Part shown: positions 27,319-39,759 of the stretch, piece by piece | Layout: each line of letters starts with the position of its first letter | Position numbering within the stretch: the first letter of the stretch is position 1 | Assembly (NCBI RefSeq): GCF_009914755.1 | Contig: NC_060942.1 | Origin: the human T2T-CHM13v2.0 reference genome, Homo sapiens | Reading direction: 5' to 3' (one strand) | Length of the DNA: 64,000 nt | Notes under the pieces: model-generated | The model's database searches: none | Told to the model about the DNA's origin: nothing | What the model saw: the letters and a program-made list of their open reading frames with translations, nothing else | Translations under genes and position numbers: made by a program

Positions 27319-28376
27319 TGATGGGAGCTGCTGCTCCAGAAGGATTGCTGCTGCCATCGAGCTGGATGCAGCAGAGAGGTGCAGCTGGGGCTGCACCCTC
27401 CATGAAGCTGGTGGGAGCCCTACCTCTTCCAAGTTGGGGTGGGAGCTCCCAAGGTGCCGCTGCAGCCGCCCAAACCTCGGCTGCAGACCCCAGATTCTGC
27501 TCCTGATCCACAGAGCAGGCAGGAGCCCCATTCAGGCAGCCACCCCAACTGCAGCTGTGGATCCAAGCCTCCCTGTGCTCTTAGGGGGCTGCCCTCCTGG
27601 GCGCAGCTGCAGCTGCCCAAACCGTGGCTGCAGACTCAGGCATCCCTGCTAGGGGAGAGCCCAGGAAGACCCCGTCCCCTTGCAGGCTCGTAAGTGCCTG
27701 CCCCACTGTCTGACCTCTCCCTGCTGTCAGCAGGGCCTCTGATCTGGGAGCAAGTCTGGTGATCTCAGGGACGATGTAGGGCTGCTGGAGGCAGACAGGC
27801 TCCTGGGCTAAGGAGATAGGTCCCGATAAGTCCCGACCTTCAGCTCAGGGAGGGCCTGAAGGCTCCGGGCCAGGCTGCCAGTCCCCTGGACCAGAGTGGG
27901 GACTTGTGGTGCCTTTTCTAGCCCACCCATGGCTGCCCATGGACCAGTCGCCAGACACTTCCTCCTCTCTGGGTCCATAAAATAGTCCTGGACTCATCTA
28001 GAACAGGAAAGCAGATGGACAGGTGATAGGACAACCAGCTGCAGAGAGGAGCTACCCACCCTGGTACATCTTCTCTGCTGAGCGTTTCAGATGTGGAAAT
28101 GACCTGCCTGCAGGGAGGAGCTACCCACTCCATGGCCTCCTTGCTGCTAAGAGCTGAATATTCAATGGGACAGCCTGCTTACAGACAGAAGCTACCCACC
28201 GGGGGTCTTTTCTGAGCTGTTCTAACACTCAGTAAAGCCCCTCTGTGTCTTGCTCACCCTTCACTTGTCTGCATACCTCATTCTTCCTGGACACAGGACA
28301 AGAACTCGGGCAAAGGTGCCACCAGCCACAGAGGTTTCCCGGCCAGAAAAACCAACACTCCAAACATCCTTTAAAA
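27319..28376 (+). mobile_element. MER52-family (ERV1) solo LTR
   Basis: GC-rich; 'ggaggcagacaggctcctggg', 'cccatggctgcccatggacca', three 'gagctacccac'-type repeats and terminal 'gccacagaggtttcc'; possible TSD atgt/atct. Confidence 0.88.
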
Positions 28377-29108
28377 ATCTGACAGATTTTTTTTAACACT
28401 GCAATCCAACTGTCATTTACAATATGATTCTAGGAGTGAAGAGCATGGCAAGACAATAATTTTTCTAAATCTGGCTGCCTATGCTAACTATGCCTATGCT
28501 AAGGGTATACCACCCTTCTACCACTGCCTTTCTTTTTTGGTGCCTCTACATAATATGCTGTGAGATCATTTGATCTTAATTTGACCCAAAGGCATGACAT
28601 TACCAAATTTGCTTCTGTTCTTTTCCCATAAGTACTAGAGAATCTGTATGATAACAAGCACAGTTTTACTGATATGATATTAAACCCAATATAAAACTCT
28701 ATTGCTGAAATCCTATCATGGTTCTCAGAAAAAGAAGAGCCAGCCTGCCTAACAGTGACAGTTTCATTGATGCAGTGGGAGGACCCCCACTCTTTCTATT
28801 GTGAACCCTTCATGTCTGACCTTACTATTAAACTATATCACTGTCATCTATTTTGGGAGAAGCCCTAGCTATTTATTGGTTTGTCCATTTGTTTATTTAT
28901 CTATTTATTTATTTACATTAATTATTGAGAGAATTGTGTCTCTTTGGGTCCTAGCATAATCTCAATTATGAATTCATGTTTGGGGTACCAATAACCTGAA
29001 AAACTGCACTTATTCCCCAACCCCACACACAGACACACAGATTCTGGGTGAATAAACACCCAGAAATGGGAAAAGAAAGACATTCATCTCTTAGAAGACA
29101 AAACTGGT

Positions 29109-29526
<418 letters not shown>

Positions 29527-29629
29527 TTAAGAATTCTGAAGTTACTTGCATTGATGTGTTTTTAAGTATCTAATCTACCTAAAGGATATGTGTCTTCCCA
29601 AGACTTTTTGTTGTTATTGAATTCTAACA

Positions 29630-29995
29630 TTTTCTTTAAGTTTAGCATGCATACAGAAACATACACAAATCACAAATATGCATATCAAATAATTTTTACA
29701 TCCTGAGCACATTCATGCAACAAGTACCCAGATCAAAGCATACAACATACCAGTCCCCACGGAAACTCTTTCTTCCTTCCAACTAAAGCTGCCGCCTATT
29801 AACTAACTCAGGAAAATCAAAGGCTATCTGCTTCTAATAACATTAATACATTTTTACTGTTTTTATACTTGATATAAATGAATCATACAGTATGTGTTTG
29901 TGTCTGTTTTCATTAATTGCACATTTATTTCTGTGAAATTCATTTTTTTCCTTGTTGAAGTTGCAGTTAGTTTACTTGCATTTCTGTCTGCTGTT
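29630..29995 (-). mobile_element. L1ME1/2-like 3' end
   Basis: 'acccagatcaaagcatacaacataccagtcccc' and 'gatataaatgaatcatacagtatgtg'. Confidence 0.75.
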
Positions 29996-30868
29996 TGCTT
30001 ATTTATCTATTTTGTTTATTTGTTAGCTTATTGCCTTATTCCACTGGGACATCCACTATAGGAATCAAGTTATTCTAGTTATTGATCTTTATGTTTTCTT
30101 CCTTCTATCAGTGATTAGTCTTGCTAGAAGCTTATCAATTTTATTAATTCTTTTGAACAATCTATTTTTGTCTACAACAATGCTCTCTACTGTATGCATG
30201 TTTTCTATTTTACCTGCATCTGCTCTTATTTTTATTTATTAATCCCTTCTAGTTTCTGTGAATTTCATATGCTTAAAAACTCCAGCTTTAAGATAAAAGC
30301 CTTAATCATAAATGATGATACAAGCCTCAAAAATAGTCTGGCATTTTCAGTCTTTCATACATTTGTGTGTCTGTGTGTTATATGTTTTTAATTTTTTTCT
30401 AAACACCAATTTTGAATTTCAAAAACTTTTATATGTCACAGTCACATACTTGTTCACAATTCTAATTTCTGTGATGATTTCTTCTTTTATGCAATAGTAT
30501 TTGATGTGCTTTCTGAACAACTGGGGATTTCTTTCTTATGTTTTTAAATTGATACACAAAAAAATACCCTGAACTATATCAATGTTTCAAGATTTGTTGA
30601 CTGTTGCTCCATTGGCTTAGCAAGAGGTCACTTTTTAAAAAATGTTACAAGTACACTTAAAAATAAACTATATGCTGTCTTTGTTTGGTGCAATCTCCTA
30701 CCCATGCCATAGTGCATATGTGCTGATGGTGTTGTTTTCAGCTTCTGTGCCCTTATTCTCTGCATGTACCTGCTATTTCTCTCAGTTCTTTTGAGCTAAG
30801 TTGGCTGATTCTAATACTAATAATATAGCTATAACAGAGTCTGCTCATAATAGAACTTCTTTCATGCT

Positions 30869-31166
30869 TTTTGTTTGTTAAAGGTTTTTGTTTTGTTTTG
30901 TTTCTCGGTCACCCAAGCTGAAATGCAATGACTTCATCATGGCTCACTGCAGCCTTGAACACGTGGGATCAGGTGATCCTCCAGCAGCAGCCTTCCCAGT
31001 ACCTGGAATTACAGATGTGTGCCACTATGCCCAGCTAATTTTTTACATTTTGTGGAGACAAGGTCTTGCCATATTGCTCAGGCCAGTCGTGAACTCCTGG
31101 GTTAAAGTGATCTTCCAGCCTTGGCCTCCCAAAGCACTGGGATTACAGGCCTGACCATGCCCAGCC
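30869..31166 (-). mobile_element. AluJ (Jo/Jr)
   Basis: 'ggctcactgcagccttgaac' and 'gaactcctgggttaaagtgatc'; flanking tcatgct repeat. Confidence 0.9.
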
Positions 31167-31174
31167 CATCATGC

Positions 31175-31246
31175 TGTTTATTTTTAACTTTCCTGTGTTG
31201 TTTATTTTTAACTTTCCTGTTCTGTTTATTTTTAACTTTCCTGTGC
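31175..31246. repeat. 24-bp tandem repeat x3
   Basis: tgtttatttttaactttcctgt plus gt/tc/gc. Confidence 0.95.
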
Positions 31247-32144
31247 TTCTTCTAAGCATTATATGGATTTTGTTTTTGCTGCTATTTAAATTAATTTGAC
31301 AATTTTAGTCTTAAAAGAAGTGTTTTTAGCCTATTAATATGAAATACCGTATTAATTTTTTAATATAATTATTGATGTATTCAGATATATGTTATTCATC
31401 TTCTCATTCTTATTCATCTTCTCTTTGACCACCTATGTTATTTTACTTCTTCTGTTTTTTCTTGTTTCTTCTGTATTAGTTATTTATATTCTATATTTTC
31501 TCTATTACTAATTACATATTATTTCACTAATTTTTAAGTGGCGGATTAAAAGCTTCTTTATCAATACTTGCTTTGTTACCTTTGAACAATGTTACTTTTA
31601 TCATTTCCTTAATAAAAAAAACATAGAACATTTGAAATACATTTACTTTATTCTTTCCATTTGTGCTGTTTTAGGCATTTTTTATCTACATGTATTTTAG
31701 TTGCCATTAGGTAGCATTATCATTGCTTTATACAAACAATATTATTTCTATTGTAATGTAGGTCTGCTGGCAACAAATTCTCTTTGAATTTGTCTAAAAT
31801 CTGTTTTTTTATCTTTATTTTTGAAGGATATATTTACTGAGTATATAATTTTTGTTTGGGAATGACTTTCTTCAGCTCCTTAAAAATGCCATTCCATTAT
31901 CTTCTGACATTCATTCAGGTTTTGTTTTGTTATTTGTTTTGACAAATACTATTGTTGCAACTTTGAACATAATTTGTACTTCCACTGCCCGCCCCCCGCC
32001 CCCTGCCCCCTATTACTACAACCCAGGATGATTCAAATTCTTTTTCTCTGTTTCTAAGCATTTCATTGAGACGTCCCTAAGTGTGGATTTCTCTTACTGA
32101 AACTGCTTTGGGTTCAATGAGTTTTTTGATCAATAGGTTGATAC

Positions 32145-32994
32145 TTGTTCTGTCTGTTCCTGCATTATAAGCACTTTAACATTCATTGGCTTAAAATAAC
32201 CATTTTATGAGCTCATGTTTCAATGGGTTGACTGAGTGTGGCTCAAGATTTATTTAGCCAGCCTCACCTGGGGTTCTCCATTTATTTCATGGTTGGATAT
32301 GCAGTCATTTGGATGCTAGAATATTTTATTCCAGATGGAAACTTTGATAGCTCATCCACTCATGTACAAGATGCTTATTTCTTCCTCCTCTTCTTCTTCC
32401 TTTTTTTTTTTTTTTTTTTTTTTTTTGCCAGAGTCTCTTTCTGTCACCTTGGCTGAAGTTCAGTGGGGCCATCTAGTCTCACTGCAACCTCCGCCTCCAG
32501 GACTCAAGCGATTCTTCCACTTCTGACACCCAAGTAGCTGGGATTACAGGTGCGCTCCACCATGCTCAGCTAATTTTTGTAGAGCTGGGGTTTCACCAAG
32601 TTGGCCAGGCTGGTTGCAAACTTCTGATCTCAGGAGATCTGCCTGCATCAGCCTCCCAAAGTGCTGGGAGTACAGGCGTAAGCCACTGTGCCTGGCTGCT
32701 TGTTGTTTCTTCTTTATGATATAATTCTTTGCCTATTGTATCTTGTCTTCCAGGGCCTCTCTCCAGAAGGGCAGCTGGAATTTTACATGGTGACTCCAGG
32801 CTCCAGAAGACTCAGAAGAAGATGTCAGTCAATTTTAAGGCTTGGGCCTAATATGGTACAGTGTCCCCTGTCACAGCCTTTTGCATAAAGCAAGGCACAG
32901 TGCTGGCCCACATTCAATAACAGAGGACATTACATCATGGCAGGAATATTAACCCATAGTTTTCTGGGGGGGAGATTTGCAACCAGCTGCCATA
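32145..32994 (-). mobile_element. MLT1 (G/H-like) MaLR LTR split by an Alu
   Basis: 'tggcttaaaataaccatttt...gctcatg', 'ttacatggtgactccagg' and 'ggcccacattcaa'. Confidence 0.65.
32385..32697 (-). mobile_element. AluJb-like
   Basis: Long poly(T) followed by an antisense dimer ending 'gccactgtgcctggct'. Confidence 0.92.
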
Positions 32995-34094
32995 AATCCT
33001 TTCTTTGGTTTTAATACTTTTTCTGACATTATGTACTAAAATTCAATGTCTTCCCTTTTCTCTTGTTAATTTCCTCTGGAACAGAAATTACAGGTAGGCT
33101 ACACAAATTTTTCTGTGTTCAATTTCTCTGAAACTCTTTTCTGTGTTTTCTTTTTCTCTCTCTCTCTCTTTTTTGGTTTATATTTATTGGCATGTATTTC
33201 AGACAAATAATCCTGTGTTTTTCTGTTTCTAATCCATCATTAAATTCAGTGATTAAGCTCTTAATTTCAAAAGTCACATTTCTTCAATTCTAGGTGTTCA
33301 TTATATTATTTTAAGTCTTTCAATTTTTTGGTATAATCACTATTGCTTTACCTTTTTAAATATTTTCCTTTATGTTCTTTTACAGTTGAATAATCATAGT
33401 TATCTTAACGTCCTGATCTGCTAATTTAATATCTGCACTCTCTGAGAGCTTGGTGTGTTTTTCATGACTCTGACCATGGACAGTTGAGCGAATGTTAGCC
33501 GTTGTCTCCTCAGGAAGGCTACACTTTCTCTGTTTTCCTTCTTAGAGGCTTCCTGTTTAGTCTTTTTTTTTATCTCCTCATCCTTTATGTAACCATAGAG
33601 GGGAAAACAGTCATGTATTGAGAGGCCATCACATCTCTGTTTTCTATTTCTAGCCCCAGGAGACCAACAAAATGTCTGCTAATTTTTCTCTACCTAACAG
33701 CAGTCTTCTTCTGGGCCATCACCTACCTTCTCAGCCTCCTCCACAAAGGCAGAGACAGCAGATTTCCTCAGGTAAAAAGCCTCTACAAATGTCAGAGGTT
33801 CTCCTCTCTCTGGAATCTTGCTGTCTTTAATTATCCTGGTTTCAGTACTTCTTTGACATCTTGGACATGACTTCTATTTTTGTTCAAATTTTCTAGTTGT
33901 TTTTTATGAAAGTATTGGTATCCCCTCATTAACTGTTTTTTTATTTTTTAACCACAGCATTTGGTGTCACCTACTCTTGACTGCCTGCCTGCTTGTTTCC
34001 TCAAGGAGTCCTATAGTTTCCTCTACACTTTGACATGCACTCTTACAGAATAAGAGTGTTTAAAAGCCTGAGCCTCCCTTTAGAATATTTTTTA

Positions 34095-34205
34095 AATTTA
34101 TTTAATTTTTGTATTTTTAAATTAAGACAATTATTATACATATTTGTGGAGTATGGAGTGATGCTTTGATACATGTACATACTCTGTGAAAATTAAATCG
34201 GGATT
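34095..34205 (-). mobile_element. L1MA 3' tip
   Basis: 'atatttgtggagtatggagtgatgctttgatacatgtacat...aattaaatcggga' aligns to the in-window L1MA at 63100-63172. Confidence 0.8.
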
Positions 34206-34868
34206 CAGTCATGCATCAAATAATAACATTTTAGTCAATGTTGGACCACATATATGACGATGGTCCCATAAGATTCTAATGGGGCTGAAAAATTGCTGTA
34301 GCCTAATGATGTCATAGCTGTCCTAATGTCATAGTGCAATGCATTACTCACATGTTTGTGGTGATACTGGTGTAAACAAACCCACTGTGTTGCCAATCAC
34401 ATACAAATATAGCACGTACAATTATGTACAGTACATACTACTTTAAAATGATAATGGAATGACTATGCTACTGGTTAATGTATTTACTATACTAAACATT
34501 TAATCATTATTTTGCAGTGAACTTCTTCTACTTATTAAAAAAAAGTAACTGTAAAGCAGCCTCAAGGAGGTCCTTCAGGAGGCATTCTGGAAGAAAGCAT
34601 TATTGTCATAGGTGATGACAGCTCCATGCATGTGATTTCCCCCAAAGACCTTCCAGTGGGACAAGACACAGTGGCAGAAGACAGCAATTTTAATGAAGCT
34701 AATCTTGTGAAGGCCTAGGATAATGGGTGTGTTTGTGTCTTAGTTTTAAATGAAAAGTTTAAAAGTTAAAAAAAGCTAATATCCAATGTTTAAAAATATG
34801 AAATGAGCTTATAAAATAAGGTTATAAAGAAAAATAATACTTTTGTATGGCTGTACAATGTGTTTTTA

Positions 34869-34940
34869 AAAGTTTTTTACAGACAGTGTCTCTGTCACCC
34901 AAGCTGGAGTACAGATGAGTGATCGCAGCTCACTGACCTC
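34869..34940 (-). mobile_element. Severely 5'-truncated Alu (J-like)
   Basis: 'agacagtgtctctgtcacccaagctggagtacag...gctcactg'; perfect 15-bp TSD tacaatgtgttttta. Confidence 0.85.
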
Positions 34941-35263
34941 TACAATGTGTTTTTATTTTCAGTTAAATGTTATTACAAAAGAGTCAAAAGATTAAAAACT
35001 TAAATGTTTGTAAAGTAAAAATGTTATAGTAAGATTAGTTTAACTTATTATTGAAGACAGAAAAAATATTTTATAATTTTAATGTAACCTAGTGCACTGT
35101 TATAAAGTCTATTAGTGCACAGCAATACCCTAGGCTTCACATTCATGCACCACTCACTCAGTGACTCACCCAAAGTAACAGTCCTGCAAGCTCCGCTCAT
35201 TGTAAGTTCCCTATACCGGTGCACCATTATTTTTTTGTTTATGCCATATTTTTACTGTACTTT

Positions 35264-35641
35264 TGTATTAGCGTGTTCTCATACTACTGTGAAGAAATAA
35301 CCGAGACTGGGTAACTTATTAAAGAAAGAGGTTGAATTGACTCACGGTTCCTCATTGCTGGGGAGGCCTCAGGAAACTTAGAATCACGGTGGGAGGCAAA
35401 GGAGAAGCAGACACCTTCTTCACAGGGTGGCAGGAGGGAGTGAGTGCAAGCAGGGGAAATGCATAACCCTTATAAAACCATCAGATCTCATGAGAATTCA
35501 CTCACTATCAGGAGAACAGCATGGGGGAAACTGCCCCCATGATTCAATTATCTCCACCTGGTCTCTCCATTGACACATGAGGATTATGGGAATTACAATT
35601 CAAGATGAGATTTTGATTGGGGACACAGCCAAACCGTATGA
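35264..35641 (-). mobile_element. THE1C/D MaLR solo LTR
   Basis: 'tgtattag...gagactgggtaa...ggggaggcctcaggaaactta...ggggacacagccaaaccgtatga'; TSD acttt/acctt. Confidence 0.93.
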
Positions 35642-37039
35642 ACCTTTTTATGCTTAGATATGTTTAAACAAATACCATTATGTTGTAATTGCCTACAGTA
35701 TTAAGTACAGTAACATGCTGTATGGGTTTGCAGCCTGAGAGCAATAGCTTAACCATATAGCCTAAATATGAGGCTGGCTATGCCACATAGGTTTGTATAA
35801 ATTGTGTATATTGTTCACATAACTGAAATTGCTTAACCACACATTTCTCAGAACTTATCCTTGTTGTTAAGAGATGCATGACTCGATAGTCACTTTGGTT
35901 TGAGTTGACAGGTAATTGGGGTTATAAAAGCATAAAGGAGACACTGGAGCAATATCCATTGACATAAAAAGAACAAAAATATAGCAAAATAATTCAGAAT
36001 CTCTCTTCCTCCAAGGTTCTGCTCAATGTTATAGTTTTCCATTTTGAGGCTGATACAATAAATGTTGATATCACACTTGCGCGGAGAGGACATTGGACTG
36101 AAAGCACCTTACTCTGCATTAGATGTTTACAAAGGGATTTCTATAGGGAACTAATATAGTATAGGTATAACAAAGAATGCCAAAAGAAGGTTTATTCAGT
36201 TTGAATATCTAGTTTCATTGATAATTAATTTTAATTAAGTTGATTTTGTATGTGGTTATGTTTTATGGTGAAAACAATCATCAATTTTGGTAGATACTAT
36301 GAGTCTGCTCATAATTTTGGTGTACTTTTTATGTTCCAACATGTATAAAGTTGTATAAATTATACAACTTGTATAACAACTTGTATAAGTAAACGTATCT
36401 ATAAGTTATACAACTTTAGTTTAGTTATCTATAAGTTTACTTATACACTTATAATAGGTATGTGATATAATTATAAACAAAATTCTCTTACCTTTAACTT
36501 CAGATGTCTGCTTAAAATCTATCTTATCTCTCCTCAGTCAAAAGAAGACCATTTTATCTCTTGGCCTAAATTCTTCTAAACAAATTTTTATTTCCCACAA
36601 ATGTCTACTGAAAAAAAGATTCTTCTCTTCAGTGCTTCCTGCCTAAGTAAAATGTTCCACTCCCTTTTCTAGCCCTGCCTGTGGATAGTCACCAGTCAAC
36701 ATTGGCATCTCAAGGACAAGTTTGCCAAGATTAGAAGTGCTTATATTTTGGGAACACGCTGGCCACTTGCACATCAGAGATCTCTGCTATTAGAGAAATT
36801 ATTTGGGAATCCCTAGAATGTTTGTATGCTAGGCTATTTCTTTTTGTGTTTAAAATATATGGAACTTTCAATGGAAGACTTTAAAAATTACTCTTGTTTT
36901 GCCTATGGCATAATACACAGATATAGTAATTTTTAAAACCTTTGGTAAATAAAGTAAAAATTATAAGGAAAACTTGCTTGTCACCTTAATTATTGTTTGG
37001 TGATGTTCTCTTATGTTAAATACTTCTCTATTATACCTC

Positions 37040-37140
37040 TTTACTACAGATACAGGGTCCTTATCACCTTTGTGTACCACGTGCCTACATCAATACCTGA
37101 CATATCATGGGCATTTAATAGGTGTGTTAATGAATTAATA
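37040..37140 (+). mobile_element. L2 3' end
   Basis: 'tgcctacatcaatacctgacatatcatgggcatttaataggtgtgttaatgaatt'. Confidence 0.6.
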
Positions 37141-37192
37141 TATAAACTGAAGAAGTATTGAAGACAGTTTTTGAACCAAAAATATGTTCAAA

Positions 37193-37278
37193 AGGCCTGA
37201 AAACGAGAGGATCGCCCGAGCCCAGGAGTTCAAGGCTTCAGTGAGCTACAATCACACCGCTTCACTCCAATCTGGGCC
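37193..37278 (+). mobile_element. Alu right-arm fragment (AluJ/FRAM)
   Basis: 'gaggatcgcccgagcccaggagttcaaggcttcagtgagcta...cactccaatctggg'. Confidence 0.8.
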
Positions 37279-39734
37279 ACTAATTTGCTTTAATTCTGAT
37301 TCAAGACATTCATTTTTGAAATATGTGAAACCTTCAACCTTACTATTTTATTTCAGTGATACGACTGTTGAGCATTGAAGGTCAAATTCTTAATCATTTC
37401 CGAACAGAGTGAGCACAATGGTTTGCAAAGGGTTGATTTTCATTTTCAGTTTGGTCTGCATATTTTCTTGTCTCAGTACAAAAAGTTTCTCTTATACACA
37501 AACTCCAATTGAAATTATATAACCTGTTAATGCTTCATTTAGTTCATGAGTTCAGTGTCTGTGCAGTTGCTTGAATGTCGGCTTGCCCTTAGATTTTGTT
37601 GTTGTTGTTGTTCCCTGGCATCGGTGTTGTCTCTCTTGCTTGTCACTGAGGATTGCATCTGTTTAACTTTCTTTCTGTTCAGCAAAGATCCCTTCTGTTC
37701 TGAGCTGTAGCCTGAAGTCAGAGTCTAACTCTTGGAGCAAGTACTTAGTTTTGTTATGTTTCAATCAGCTCAAAGGTGTGTGGCCTTGTGCTTGCCAATG
37801 AGGGTGTAGAGTGGAAAGAAAAAGCACTTGCCCTTGTGAGGGCTCTCTGGCGTTTTGACAAACAGGACAAAGCTTCCATTTCTTTGAAATCAGATAGCTC
37901 CTTTTGAGTGCCCAAGTTGTTAGGGTAAAATATCATTCAGGTGACAGCAAAGGAAGGACATTTTGCAAATTTTCATGGTTTTGAAAGTTATGTTAACATT
38001 CTCAAAACTGGGATGAATTTCCATTTTCATTCTTACTGATCAATTATTGTTATTTTCATAAAACCCCCATCCCTGCCTGTGATTAGACGGAAGCCAAAGC
38101 ATTCTAGAGAAACCCGTGTTTTCTTAAGGATTAAAAGGTGAAATGAAACTGAAACAAAACCAACACATACATCGCATTCAGATTTTAAGCCTTCTAGTCT
38201 ATTTTTCAGAATAAAAATACCCCAAAACACAAAAAAGACCAAAAACACAATGCAAATATACTTCTAATATTTTCTATGCTGATGCACAAAATATTGAAGA
38301 AAGATCTAGTTTTGATGTAACATCATATTTGACAATATGCCTGGATAAATTTTATGCCATGGAGTAGCACATTTGAGATACTGGGTGTGCTTGCACTTCT
38401 CCCACGAGACTTGAATGATTCTACAGAGAGGCTGTACAGCCACACATTAGGCTGTAATCTACATGTGCATCACATTATGTCTTTCATCTTGACATCCTCT
38501 GAATGTTCAGATTTTTACATTATTCACCTTGTCTGTTTCACCAAATGCCTTCATGTACATACAGGTGCTTAATCAATGCTTCAGTATGAGAATGATTTAT
38601 GGTGTTGTGGTCATTTTTTTCAGGCCTTAATGACTACTAGCAGGTAAAGCTAAATCAATAAGTACTTAGCATCTGTGGAAACAGAAGGTATTTATCTGCT
38701 AATCAGTGTGGTATTGAGGTGTTTCATATTTTAGTAAACTGTGTGATAACAAAGGTTACTGTTACTTTGGGTTGATTTATGTTATGTCAAAGAAATGCTA
38801 ATCCTAGAATGTTTCTCTGATGTCCTGAAGGCCATTGCCTATAAAGTATAAAAAGTTTAAATAACATTCTGTATTTCCCTTTTCCTTTGTCGGTTAGAGT
38901 TCATTTTAGGTTTGCTCTGTGATAGCTCTAGGTCACGTACTGACCAGTACTGGTGGTAGCTCTTCTCACTGTGTCGGTGTTTTCTGTTAACATCCCATGA
39001 TAGCAAAACGGTCAAGAGTTCAACTAGGTAGAACATCAATCAAACAAGAAACTGACATGATGTCAAAGGTAACAGCCACTTTTCAGTTACATTGGTTTTC
39101 ATATGACAAGATATTTAGAAACATAAATTTTTTTATTGCAATCGCTTCTTATTCTTTCCATGGTGTGATATAGAAAGCATTTTCTCAGGTGATTAAATTT
39201 CTTCAAAATGTGTAAAATACTTTGTGCCTGCCAATTAGAATTTCATATATCCACATGCCATTGGAAGACACAAAATATAAAGAGTTTTATATGTAAAAAA
39301 TTATTAAGTCTTTAGTGTGTACATTGTTTTTGTCTACGATTATTTGTGAACACAAAGTAGCAACTGCATATAACTATATTTATAACTGGTCAATTATGGG
39401 TCAATTAGCCAACCTTAAAAGAAATTGGGTATTTAAATTTACAAGGCAAAGTATTACATTTTTTAAAATTTTACTTAACTTTCATTAGATAACTTAGATG
39501 ATTATTTTAAAAACTACAGTGAAAACACAACCAAAAAATCTATCAATTTGTGAAAGTTATTTATCAAGAACATTTTGGAAGAAATAGTATTGCATAGCTT
39601 CAGAAGTTTTAAACAAAATGGTGGGTTTGGAATAGAATTTGGTTATTTAGTGGAATAAAATCAAATGTAGTAAACATGAGAAAATGAAAATACAGATGTG
39701 TCTTTATCTTATTTATGTTTGCATGTGTATGAAT

Positions 39735-39759
39735 ACACACACACACACACACACACACA
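39735..39759. repeat. (CA)n microsatellite
   Basis: ~12 units. Confidence 0.95.

Larger units (their letters stand above)
30090..33940 (-). mobile_element. Old L1M ORF2-5'/ORF1 region, interrupted by AluJ, MLT1 and AluJb
   Basis: 'tagtcttgctagaagcttatcaattttatt' and 'gtaggtctgctggcaacaaattctct...tttttgaaggatatatttactgagtata'; boundaries approximate. Confidence 0.7.
34206..35885 (+). mobile_element. Tigger3b (Golem)-type DNA transposon with both TIRs, carrying Alu and THE1 inserts
   Basis: Starts 'cagtcatgcatc...atggtcccataagatt'; internal 'ggtccttcaggagg...ccttccagtgggacaaga'; ends 'ttgttaagagatgcatgact(c)g'; ~1.2 kb once the inserts are removed. Confidence 0.9.

Noticed and set aside
27287-28133. 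Cluster of 64-117-aa ORFs; possible CpG island
   Set aside because: Lies in the MER52 LTR; CpGs have largely decayed to TG/CA
28039-28200. Three spaced 'gagctacccac'-type repeats, superficially CRISPR-like
   Set aside because: Internal ~70-bp tandem repeats of the MER52 LTR in eukaryotic DNA; no cas genes
38624-38643. Possible 20-nt microexon (tttttcag|...CAG|gtaaag)
   Set aside because: Frame-shifting length, stop codons in two frames and no gene context
38857-39039. Protein-looking 60-aa minus-strand ORF (also 45634-45819 and 21991-22332)
   Set aside because: No recognisable homology and no convincing paired splice sites; lengths are within chance expectation
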